Shown here piece by piece: positions 36,957 to 47,220 of a stretch of DNA of 64,000 nucleotides. The notes beneath the pieces were generated by a model. The model was given only the letters and a program-made list of their open reading frames with translations, made no database searches and was not told the DNA's origin. Source of the stretch: an uncultured delta proteobacterium (GTDB lineage: Bacteria; Myxococcota; Myxococcia; Myxococcales; Myxococcaceae); the NCBI GenBank assembly GCA_963771175.1, contig CAVYSY010000038.1:1-64000 (forward strand), read 5' to 3'. The translations under genes and the position numbers were made by a program. Within the stretch, counting starts at the first letter, position 1, and each line of letters opens with the position of its first letter.

Positions 36957-37903
36957 CGTGAGCCTCCCAATCCAGCGACGAGCACCAGGGCCGACAGCGC
37001 CACCGTGCCCCACCAGATGGCGCGGTGGAGCTCCACCTTGTACGCCGACTGCGCGCCGAACGCATTCGTCACGGCGGCCGGGCTCCTCCGCAGGCTTCGC
37101 ACGCCGAAGAACCCCGTCAACAGCGCGGCGGGCACCACCGACCAGACAGGAGGCACGTCCCCGGACAACCCGCCCACCCCGAGCCAGAGGAGCACGCCGA
37201 GACCCAGCAGCACCTCCGCGCCCCTGCGGGCCACCGCGTTGCCCAGCAGCGTGGTGAAGGTGTGCTTGCCCCCGGCGCGGTCGCTCTCCTCGTCGGACAG
37301 CCCACTGGCCAGGGCGCTCGACAGCGACAGCGCGAGCAGGCCCGGCGCCAGTGCCCCCAGCCACGCGGGAGCCCAGGCCCCGCACTGGGCATAGACATGC
37401 AGCGCGGGGAGCACGCCGCCCACGCCCACCATCTCCAGCAACTCACCCCCGCCCCGGTAGTTGAGCCGCAGGGGCGGCAGCGTATAGGCCACGAAGACGA
37501 GCAACCCGAGCGCGGCGAGGGGCAGCAGCAGCGGGCGCTCCAGGACGACACCGGCCCCCCACGCCACCAGCAGCGCCACGGCACCGGCGCCCAGGCCGGC
37601 GGCGAGCAGGGCGCCTCCGGGAAGGATGCCGTCGGGGATCGTCTTCGGCGAGCAGCCCTGGGGGAACATGCGGCGCTTGAGGACATCCACCTCGCGATCG
37701 CCCCAGTCGTTGAGCAGCACGATGAAGGCGACGTCGGCGCTCATCCACAGCACGCCGAAGACGAGCGCTCCCATGGACACGTGACCAGCGGTGGCCGCGC
37801 CCACGGCCTGACCGAACAGGGCCGGGACGAACACCTTCGGCCAGCTCGCCGGCTTGAGGGCATACCACCACCGCCCCGCGGGACTCATCGACTCGACACG
37901 CAC
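36953..37903 (-). CDS. UbiA/MenA-family prenyltransferase (1)
   Basis: WWYALKP, NDWGDREVD, YTLPPLRLNYRGGGE, SDEESDRAGGKHTF; about 8-9 TM. Confidence 0.85.
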   Translation of the reverse strand: MRVESMSPAGRWWYALKPASWPKVFVPALFGQAVGAATAGHVSMGALVFGVLWMSADVAFIVLLNDWGDREVDVLKRRMFPQGCSPKTIPDGILPGGALLAAGLGAGAVALLVAWGAGVVLERPLLLPLAALGLLVFVAYTLPPLRLNYRGGGELLEMVGVGGVLPALHVYAQCGAWAPAWLGALAPGLLALSLSSALASGLSDEESDRAGGKHTFTTLLGNAVARRGAEVLLGLGVLLWLGVGGLSGDVPPVWSVVPAALLTGFFGVRSLRRSPAAVTNAFGAQSAYKVELHRAIWWGTVALSALVLVAGLGGSR

Positions 37904-38059
37904 GGCTCACGCCTCCCCGTCGATGGCTCATAGCGACAGGGACTCACCGGGGCAACTCCTCGACGCACCACCCCGCTCGCGGATGTCCACGGGACGGAAT
38001 CCGCCGGGCCCCACCTGCTGCGTCGGGTGGACACAACCTTCCCGCCCTGGGTGCCAGGC

Positions 38060-38461
38060 TCAGCGAGTGAGCGCGGAGGCGATGACGTTGAGCACCTTGA
38101 GCTGGGACGGGGACAGGTTGCGCAGCGAGCGAGCCAGCTTCCGCAGGTCCGGGGAGCGCTCCTCGCGCGGGGGCAGCGAGTCCACCCAGGCCGTCACCTC
38201 CGAGTGACTCAGGCTCAGCAGCGTGTCCGAGGGAATCTTCAGGACGATGCTCAGTCGGCGCAGTGTGGGGACGCTGGGCATCATCCCCCCGCGCTCGATG
38301 CGGCCATAGACACCCGGGGCCAGGCCCACCTTCTCGGCCGCCTCCGCCTGCGTGAGTCCCGCGCGCAGCCGGGCGGCACGCGCCGCAGCCCCCAGGGCGA
38401 GGGCCAGCTTGTCGTCCATACGCTGCTGCGAGCTTGGGGGAGGGGTGCGTTTCGATGCCAT
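38060..38461 (-). CDS. XRE-family helix-turn-helix regulator (start uncertain)
   Basis: ARLRAGLTQAEAAEKVGL...YGRIERG...PS..TL..L. Confidence 0.88.
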   Translation of the reverse strand: MASKRTPPPSSQQRMDDKLALALGAAARAARLRAGLTQAEAAEKVGLAPGVYGRIERGGMMPSVPTLRRLSIVLKIPSDTLLSLSHSEVTAWVDSLPPREERSPDLRKLARSLRNLSPSQLKVLNVIASALTR

Positions 38462-38550
38462 GGCGCCTGACGTCAAAAGAGACGTTGGAGGACATTACCC
38501 GAGAGGCCAACCCGCGCCTAGGGACTTGCGGAATCTCCCTCCCCCGAGGA

Positions 38551-39851
38551 CTAACCAGCGCCCGCCGGACGCCTCCTGGACTCGGCCGAGCCCGCGCCGG
38601 AGCCAGGGGGCAGGACAATCTGGAGGATGCGCTCGCGCCGGCGCCGGGCCATGTCCTGCCGGCGCTCGAGCGCGGTCCGCTCCTGGCGGGCCTCGCGCGG
38701 CTCGGTGACGGCCCGGGACGCGAGCGCCACGAGCCGCTCCTGGATGGCCAGCAGCTCCTCGTCGAGGAGCACGGGCTGGATGTGGCGCGGCACCTTGTTC
38801 CGACCCTGCGCGACGTAGTGGTTGTTCTCGATCCACACCGGGAGGACGGACAGGCCCTCCAGTGCCACGGGCGCGCCCGGCTGGGGACGCACGAGCGAGA
38901 ACCGCAGCAGCAGGGAGTCGCGCTTCTTGCCGCTGTCCTCCGGCTGCTGGCCGTGGATGTAGTACCGATCCTGGTTGGCGATGAGGTTGCCCAGCGAGAA
39001 GGCGACGAGCGTGTCGCGCCCGGAGGAGGTGCGGTAGGACCTCGATGGGCTGAAGCACGTGGGGGTGGTGGCCGATGATGGCGAGCGCGCCGGCCTCGAG
39101 CAGGGCGCGGGCCAGCTTCCGGTCCTCCGGGTGCGGCGTGTGCGAGTACTCGGTGCCCCAGTGGATGGCGACGATGAGCGCGTCGCAGCGCCGGGCCGCG
39201 GCGCGGACCAACTCCACGGCCGACGCGGGGGCCAGCCAGCTCCCGCTCGCCTTGGGGACGTAGGGCACGTAGGCGACGTGGGGCGAGACGTCCGGATCGA
39301 CCGGGTTGCGGGCGCCGTTCAGCCACCGGGTGAAGGACAGGAAGCCGATGCGCATCCCGTGCTTCTCGATGATGAGGGGCTCCCACGCGGCGGCCTCGGA
39401 GGGGCCCGAGCCGACGCCCCGGAGGCCGGCCTCGGCCACGTGCTTCCACGTCGTGGGGACGACCCGCGCGGCGCTGGTCGAAGGCATGGTTGTTGGCCAG
39501 CGAGACGACATCCACCCCGGCGGCGGCCATCGCGCGCAGCATGGCGGGAGGCGCGTCGAAGATGAGGGGCCCGGTGGGAGCGCGCGGGTCTCCGCTGACG
39601 GGCGTCTCCAGGTTCACCATGGCGAGGTCGGCGGTGCGCAGCACGTCGGCGATGGGCCCGAAGACATGGTCCCAGCCCTCGTTGTTGAGCGACCGAGCGG
39701 GGCCCGCGTCACCCGAGCCGTGGCGCGCGTGGTCGGCCGCGGCCTCCTTCACCTCGCCGTGAGGGATGACATCCCCACCGAAGACGAGCTCCACGCGGTC
39801 GGGCGTGGTTGCACACAACAGGGGCACGAGCAGGAGCGCCGGGGCGAACAC
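38551..39851 (-). CDS. CapA/PGA_cap family metallophosphoesterase (frameshifted)
   Basis: GGDVI, VNLETP, SLANNHAFD, IHWGTEY, IGHHPHVLQP, FSLGN. Confidence 0.88.
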
Positions 39852-40002
39852 GCCCTCAGGCTAGCCGAGCAGACGGGCAGGAGGACAGTTTCTCCCCTCG
39901 TGAGCGAGCGACCGCCAGTCGGATGGCCCCATCGGTCCGCGTCCGCCGCCCTGCCCTTCTCCTCCGCCGCGAGGGAGCACACCGTTGCCCAGGAGGGCAT
40001 CG

Positions 40003-41356
40003 ATGCCACCGCGCCTGATCAAACTGTGGGCCTCCATCCTGTCCGGCCTCTGGTTCCGGCCCGTGCTGTACCTGACCACGGGCATCGCGCTCGGCCTGGT
40101 GCTACCGGCGCTGGACCGGAGCTGGCCGACGCTGGGCCTGACGCTGCGCTCGTACTGGGTGTCGAACTACCTCCCGACGACACCGGACAGCAGCCGGGAG
40201 GTGCTCATCGGCATGGCGGCTGCACTCGTCACCGTCATGACGGTGGCGGCCTCCATGACGATGGTCGCGGTACAGCTCGCCTCCACGCAGTACACCCCTC
40301 GGCTGCTGGGCCGCTTCATGGCGGACCACACCACGCAGCGGGTCCTCGGCACCTATCTGCTCACCGTGGTGTACCTGCTGCTCCTGCTCGGAGTGGTGGG
40401 CACCCAGGCCAAGGAGAGCGAGGAGGTGTCGCTGCCCGTCATCTCGCTCGGGGTGGCGCTGGCCCTCACCCTGCTCTGCCTGCTGATGCTGCCCTACTTC
40501 CTCCACCACGCCGCCCATTCCGTGGAGGCGAGCACCATCATCGCGACCATCGGGCGGGAGATTATCCACGAGCTGAACCAGTTGGAAAGCCACAGGGAGG
40601 AGGAGCTGAGCGAAACCCTGCCCGGCCCCAGCGAGGCGGCCACGGTCTTCGCCGCGAGGGAGACGGGTTACGTGCAGCTCGTGGATCATGCGCGGCTGCT
40701 CGCGGCCCTGCCGAAGGGCGTGCACACGGTGCGGCTCGACGTGCGCACCGGAGACTTCCTCTTCCCGGGGTTGCCGCTGCTGTCGCTCTGGCCCCAGGTG
40801 CCCCTGAGTGAGCGGCAACAGGCGCGACTGCACGCCGCGTTCGCGGTGGGCCACACCCGCACCACACAGCAGGACGTGCTCTACGGCGTGCGGCAGCTCG
40901 TGGACATGGCCCTCAAGGCGCTCTCGCCCGCCATCAACGACGTCACCACCGCGGTGATGGTGGTCAACGAGCTGGGCGCGGTGGGACACGCGGTGGCGCA
41001 CAAGGGGTGGCTCGGCCAGGGCTGGTGGAGGCGGCGGCACAGAGGCGTGACCTTGCTGCGCCCCGGCTTCGGGCTCGTGCCCTTCCTGCAGGACGCGTTC
41101 GGGGAGATTCCTACTTGCCGCCAACTCGCAGCCGCGAGTCATCGTCCGCGTCATGGAGGTGCTCGCGCAGATCGCCAGCGTGGAGACCCAGGAGGCGATG
41201 CGGGGGACGCTCGTGCAGACCGGACGCGCGGTGTACGAGGCAGCACGACTCGGCAACCAGAGGGAGCGCGACGTGCGGCTCATCGAGGAGCGCTGGAGCG
41301 AGCTGCAGAAGGAGGCCACCCAGCCGGGCGCCCTGACCTGCGAGACCGTGCACTGA
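40003..41356 (+). CDS. DUF2254 family membrane protein (frameshift ~41115)
   Basis: QLASTQYTPRLL, GYVQ..D, GDF, R...QD..YG.RQLVD.A.KALSPAIND.TTA. Confidence 0.85.
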
Positions 41357-41457
41357 AGGGGACGGGGGTTGAAACGCGCGGACGGCTCGGTCATCTGGGG
41401 GAGGCCATGGGGGACCCTTCGCCTCCGCCCCACCAGCCATGCCATCTTGAGCCGAGC

Positions 41458-42169
41458 ATGAGCATTCCGCCCTTCACACGATGGCTCCCGCTCCTCGGCC
41501 TGCTGCTGGCCGCTTGTGCCACTTCAACGCCCGTTCTTCGGGAGGATGACGAAGCGCCCGAGGTCGTGTCCTCGTGGGAGGAAGCCCGAGCGGACCCGAG
41601 CTGCGTGGTGCCGCTGTGTGACGAGGAACGCTGCGCTATCTGGCGCTGCCAGGACCTCGTGGAGGAGGTGGACGACTCCCCTTCCGTGGTGCTGGCACGT
41701 GGGCCCATGCCCGTGGTGGGCCTTCGCCCTCCCCTGGTGGGCAACCCCAGCCGCTGGTGGGCACCACCTCTGGCCGCGCCCACCTACGCGGAACCTGTCT
41801 TTGAAATCCCCTGGCACAACTGGAAGACGCGCGAGCAGCTCGCACAACAGCGCAAGCACCCGCTCGGGTGCATGCTCCCGCCCGAGCCCCTCGAGAAGCA
41901 CCACATCTTCCCGCAGCAGGAAGAGCTGGCCAGGTGGTTCGCGAGCAAGGGCATCGACATTCACGACTTCACCGTCAGCATCCCCAGGAGCTTCCACCGA
42001 TGGCTGCACAGCGGCGGACCCTCGGGCGGCCAGTGGAATGCCGCCTGGCGGCAATTCAAGGAGGATAACGGTCGGAGCCGGCCCGAAGGAGATCTGGCGG
42101 TTCGCGTTCGAGCTCATGTTCTTTTTCAACGTGAATGGCCCACTCAGCCCCTACTACTGCCAGGATTGA
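41458..42169 (+). CDS. SitA6-family polymorphic toxin lipoprotein, copy 1 (frameshift ~42078)
   Basis: Lipobox LAAC; C..P.C....C....C.DL; PVFEIPW; EKHHIFPQ..L..WF....IH.F......HRW.H.GG..GG.WN.AW. Confidence 0.85.
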
Positions 42170-42173
42170 GCTG

Positions 42174-42902
42174 ATGAGCACAGGTATGCGGTATTTCAGA
42201 GTCAAGGAAGACAGGTCCGCGGGTTACACGGGTGTCGTTGACGCCTCACACAAATGGGGACTCCCGGGTCTCCTAAGCTGCCCTACTTGCAATGCCACCT
42301 GGGGTGACAACTCCAAAGCGTACCCGTCGGTGGACTTGACCTCGGTGGCCACTCTGGCCGACTTCGAGGAGGCCCGGCCCGAGCCCTTCGAGGAGTACGA
42401 ACGGCTGTGTGAGCTGGTACGCCCCTTCCTGCCATCGGGAGCCGTGCTGGAACCCGGTGCAGCCTTCGGCCCGCTCGTGGGCAAGGCCCAGGGAAGCTTC
42501 GGTCCGCTCGTGTCACCCTATGCCTGGTGGCTGTTGGTTCAGCGCGAAGCACTCGAGAAGCTCCAGGCCGAGGGCCTTCAAGGTCTCAAGGGCTGCCGTA
42601 CCCAATTGCGCTTCCGCCAGCGCGCCTCGCCCGAGCTGCTCGAGCTGGAGCTCCTCCCCGTGGGCCGCGCGCACCCGGATTGCCTGCCCTCCAACCGCGA
42701 ACCTCCCTGCCCGCGCTGCGGCCGTGTTGCCATTACCTTGCCCAAACCCCTCGTGCTGGACGCCGCCACCCTTCCCAGCCACCTGGACGTGTTCCGGCTG
42801 GAGGACTTCTCCACCGTCATCGTCTGCACCGAGCGCTTCGTTGATGCCTGCCAGCGTCTGGGGTTCGACGGCGTTGCCTTCCACCCTCTCCCCTCGGTGT
42901 GA
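42174..42902 (+). CDS. SitI6-family double-CXXCG immunity protein, copy 1
   Basis: HKWGLPG..CPTC.ATW....AYPSVDL, LEPG..FGP..G, CPRCGR, D.FRL.DF....CTERF. Confidence 0.85.
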   Translation: MSTGMRYFRVKEDRSAGYTGVVDASHKWGLPGLLSCPTCNATWGDNSKAYPSVDLTSVATLADFEEARPEPFEEYERLCELVRPFLPSGAVLEPGAAFGPLVGKAQGSFGPLVSPYAWWLLVQREALEKLQAEGLQGLKGCRTQLRFRQRASPELLELELLPVGRAHPDCLPSNREPPCPRCGRVAITLPKPLVLDAATLPSHLDVFRLEDFSTVIVCTERFVDACQRLGFDGVAFHPLPSV

Positions 42903-43031
42903 CCGGGGTGTTCCCCGGGCGCTGGACAGTCTCCACCACGTGTCGCGTGTGGCCAGGGGTTCCCCGGCTTGAACCCGTGGCGGCGGTATCCACAACCTCC
43001 GCCCCACCCGCCATGCCATCTTGAGCCGAGC

Positions 43032-43740
43032 ATGCGCATTCCACCCTTCACACGATGGCTCCCGCTCCTCGGCCTGCTGCTGGCCGCTTGTGCCACTTCA
43101 ACGCCCGTTCTTCGGGAGGATGACGAAGCGCCCGAGGTCGTGTCCTCGTGGGAGGAAGCCCGAGCGGACCCGAGCTGCGTGGTGCCGCTGTGTGACGAGG
43201 AACGCTGCGCCATCTGGCGCTGTCAGGACCTCGTGGAGGAGGTGGACTCCCCTTCGGTGGTGCTGGCACGTGGGCCCATGCCGAGCGGTGGGCCTTCGCC
43301 CTCCCCTGGTGGGCAACCCCAGCCGCTGGTGGGCACCTCCCCTGGCCGCGCCCACCTACGCGGAACCTGTCTTTGAAATCCCCTGGCACAACTGGAAGAC
43401 GCGCGAGCAGCTCGCACAACAGCGCAAGCACCCGCTCGGGTGCATGCTCCCGCCCGAGCCTCTCGAAAAGCACCACATCTTCCCGCAGGCCCGAGACCTG
43501 GCCGAATGGTTCAAGAGCAAGCACCTCGACATTCACGACTTCACTGTCAGCCTCCCCAGGAGCTTCCACCGATGGCTGCACAGTGGTGGGCCCAATGGGG
43601 GGCAGTGGAATGAGGCCTGGCGACAGTTCCAGGAGAAGAACCGAGGAGCCACCACGGAGGAAATCTGGCAGTTCGCGTTCGAGCTCATGTTTCAGTTCCG
43701 AGTGAATGGTCCGTTCGTGCCCTATTACTGCCAGGAGTAA
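43032..43740 (+). CDS. SitA6-family polymorphic toxin lipoprotein, copy 2 (frameshift ~43283)
   Basis: N-terminus near-identical to copy 1; diverged after HHIFPQ. Confidence 0.85.
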
Positions 43741-43755
43741 GCCCAGGAGCTACGG

Positions 43756-44472
43756 ATGCGATACTTCAGAATCAGGAAAGACAGAGCCTCGCGCTACACG
43801 GGTGCGATTGACGCCTCGCACACATGGGGACTACCGGGTGTCATCAATTGCCCTGCCTGCAAGGCCACCTGGGGAGACAACTCCAGAGCGTACCCCTCGG
43901 TGGACCTGACTCCGGTGGCGTCCCTGGCCGACTTCGAGGAAGCCCGGGCCGAGCCCATCGAGGAGTACGAAAGATTGTGTGAGCTGGTACGCCCCTTCCT
44001 GCCACCGGGAGCCCTGCTGGAACCCGGTGCGGCTTTTGGCCCGCTCGTGGGCAAGGCCCAGGGCCGCTTCGGGCCGCTCGTCCTCTCTCCCTCCCCCTGG
44101 TGGCCGATGGTGCAGCGCGAGGCTCTCGAGAAGCTCCAAGCCGAGGGCCTGCGCGGCCTCAAGGGCTGCCGCACCGCGCTTCGCTTCCGCCAGCGCAACT
44201 CGCCCGAGCTGCTCGAGTTGGAGCTCCTCCCCGTGGGCCGCGCGCACCCGGATTGCCTCCCCCCCAACCGCAAGCCGCCCTGCCCCCGCTGTGGCCGTTT
44301 TGGCCTCACCCTGCCCGATGACCTCCTGCTGGATGCAGCCACCCTTCCCAGCCACCTGGACATATTCCGGTTGGAGGACTTCTCCGTCATCGTCTGCACC
44401 GAACGCTTCGTTGATGCCTGCCAGCGTCTAGGGCTCGACGGCGTTGCCTTCCACCCCCTCCCCTCAGTGTGA
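43756..44472 (+). CDS. SitI6-family double-CXXCG immunity protein, copy 2
   Basis: Paralog of 42174-42902. Confidence 0.85.
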   Translation: MRYFRIRKDRASRYTGAIDASHTWGLPGVINCPACKATWGDNSRAYPSVDLTPVASLADFEEARAEPIEEYERLCELVRPFLPPGALLEPGAAFGPLVGKAQGRFGPLVLSPSPWWPMVQREALEKLQAEGLRGLKGCRTALRFRQRNSPELLELELLPVGRAHPDCLPPNRKPPCPRCGRFGLTLPDDLLLDAATLPSHLDIFRLEDFSVIVCTERFVDACQRLGLDGVAFHPLPSV

Positions 44473-44638
44473 CCGGGGTGTTCCCCGGGCCCTGGACAGT
44501 CTCCGCCACGCGTCCCGTGTGGCCAGGGAGCCACAGTCCACGGCTCTCCCCAGTCCTTCCGCGCACTTACCACGCTGAAGGACCCTGGCCCGCCGGCTGC
44601 ATTGACACGGCTCGCACCCGTCCAGTCCGAGGAATCCC

Positions 44639-47186
44639 ATGCGAGCCGCACTCGCCGCGCTCATCGTCTGTCTTCTGTCCGTCCCCGCCTCCGCGCAGGA
44701 GCCGGCCCTCCCCGAGACACCCTGCCCCGCTCCCGTCTCGCCCCTCAGCTCCGGGGCCATCACCCAGGGCACGCTGGTGGCGAAGCTCCGCGGCCACGCC
44801 TCCGCTCGCGGCTGCCCCGACGCCCAGCCCCAGCAGTTCAGCCTGAAGCACACCGAGGTGGACGCCGAGGTGAGCGGCTTCCTCGCCAGCGTCACCGTCA
44901 CCCAGGTCTTCACCAACCCCTACGCCGAGCCGCTCGAGGCCCTCTACGTCTTCCCGCTCCCGGAGAAGGCCGCGGTGGACGCCATGGAGCTCGTCATCGG
45001 CCAGCGCGTCATCCGCGGCGTCATCCAGACGCGCGAGCAGGCGCGTGACACCTACGAGCGCGCCCGCGCCGAGGGGAAGACGGCCGCGCTGCTCGACCAG
45101 GAGCGCCCCAACCTCTTCACCCAGTCCGTGGCCAACATCCTCCCGGGTGAAGAAATCCGCGTGCGCATCCACTACGTGGAGCGGCTCGTCTACGAGAGCG
45201 GCAGGTACAGCTTCAACTTCCCCATGACGGTGGGCCCTCGCTACATCGGCGGCGAGCCCCGGGCCTTCCGCCAGGGCGAGGGCACCGCGCCGGACACCAC
45301 CACCGTCCCCGACGCGAGCCGCATCACCCCGCCGGTGCTGCCGCCCGACGTCCGCAGCGGCCGTGACATCCGCCTCACCCTGCGCCTGGACGCGGGCGTG
45401 CCCGTGCACGAGCTGCGCTCCACCTCGCACCAGGTGACGGTGACGCGCGAGGGCCCGAGCCGCGCCCGCGTGGAGCTGGCCTCGAACGACCGCATCCCCA
45501 ACAAGACCTTCACCCTGGAGTACCTCGTGGCCGACGCGCTCATCCGCCCGGCCGTGCTGGTGCACCGCGAGCCCGGCGCCGAGGAGGGCTACTTCCTCGT
45601 GCTGCTCAACCCGCAGCTCGAGCCCAAGCAGGAGGAGGTGGTGCCGCGCGAGCTGTACCTGGTGCTGGACACCTCGTGCTCGCAGTCCGGCCAGCCCATC
45701 GAGAAGTCCAAGGCCATCACCGCCGAGGTGCTGCGCCACCTGCACCCCGAGGACACCTTCCAGGTGCTCAACTTCGACACGCAGGTGACGAAGTTCGCCC
45801 CCGCCGCCGTGCCGGCCTCGCCGGAGAACGTGGAGCGCGCCCTGCCCTACGTGGCCAACTTCTGGGGCGGCGGTGGCACCGACGTGCGCGTGGCGGCCCA
45901 GGAGGCCATGGTGCCCGCCAACGACCCGGCCCGCCTCCGCATGGTGCTGCTCATGACGGACGGCTTCATCGGCAACGACGAGCAGGTGCTCGGCACCCTC
46001 CAGCAGCACCTGCGCGAGGAGACGCGCGTCTTCAGCGTGGGCGTGGGCAACGACGTCAACCGCTACCTCGTCACCAAGATGGGCGAGGTGGGCCGCGGCG
46101 CCTCCACCTTCGTCAACCTCCACCGCCCCGAGGACGAGGTCGCCCGTGAGTTCGAGTCTCGCATCCGTGGCCCGGTGCTGACCTCGGTGCGCGTGGACAC
46201 GGACGGGCATGCCGGTGTCGGACGTCTACCCGCGAATGGTGTCGGACCTCTTCAGTGGCCAGCCGCTGTTCCTCATCGGCAAGTTCCACGGCACGGGCGA
46301 GGGCCTGCTGCGCATCACCGGCCGGGTGCGCGGGCAGGAGCGTCGCTTCGACGTGCCCCTCACCCTCCCCGCGTCGGCGCCGGAGCACTCGGCGCTGCGG
46401 AGCCTGTGGGCGCGCCAGCGCATCGAGGAGCTGAGCGTGGAGAACTACCGGGGCGAGAAGCCCGAGGTCGTCCAGGCCATCACCGCCACGGCGCTCCAGT
46501 ACGGGCTGATGAGCAAGTACACCTCCTTCGTCGCGGTGGAGGAGGTGGCGCGCACGCAGCCGGGTGGCGACCCGGTGCGCGAGCTGGTGCCGGTGGAGCT
46601 GCCGGAGGGCACCTCGTACGCGGGCATCTCCGGCGAGCTGAGCCGCGAGGAGATTCCTCCGGGGGACCCCATCATCTCCGTGGCGGCCCCGAGGAACGCG
46701 CGCCGGGTGACGGCCTACTTCCCCTTCGGCCTGGTGAAGCCGCTCACCTTCGACGCTGTCTCGGGTTACTGGCGGGGCCGCTTCCTGGTGCCGCTCTGGG
46801 TGGAGGACGGGTACTACGACGTGCTGGTGGCCGTGGAGATGAAGGACGGCACGGTGCGCCGGCGCGAGGTGCGCTACCGGCTGGACTCCAAGGGCAACGA
46901 CTTCGAGGTGACGCTGTCCGCGCGAGTGCTGGCGCCGGGCCAGACGCTGCGGCTGGAGGTGGACGCGGTGGAGGCCACCAAGGAGGTGAGCGTCTACGGT
47001 GAGCTCTTCGGGGACGAGCAGCTCCTCCTGGAGACGCGCGAGGGCCTGCGCTTCACCCGGGAGCTGGTGGTGCCCGCGGGCACCGAGCCCGGGGAGTACG
47101 AGCTGGTGCTCGTGGCCCGGGACGCCGCGGGCAACCGCTTCGAGCGCCGCGAGAAGGTGCGCGTCGCCCTCACCGTCGAGGAGTAG
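44639..47186 (+). CDS. Secreted VIT + vWA domain protein with C-terminal Ig-like extension (frameshift ~46205)
   Basis: Signal peptide; VTQVFTNP...LEA.Y.FPLP; DTSCSQ (MIDAS), GGGT, TDG; LWAR..I..L; YTSFVAV. Confidence 0.88.
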
Positions 47187-47220
47187 TCCCCCACCGCGCT
47201 CCACCTCGAGGACCCACCCC

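Larger units (their letters stand above)
41420..44530 (+). repeat. Two-copy tandem duplication (~1574-bp period) of the SitA6/SitI6 unit
   Basis: CCATGCCATCTTGAGCCGAGCATG precedes both toxins (ATG 41458 and 43032); CCGGGG-TGTT-CCCCGG hairpin follows both immunity genes (42903, 44473). Confidence 0.95.
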
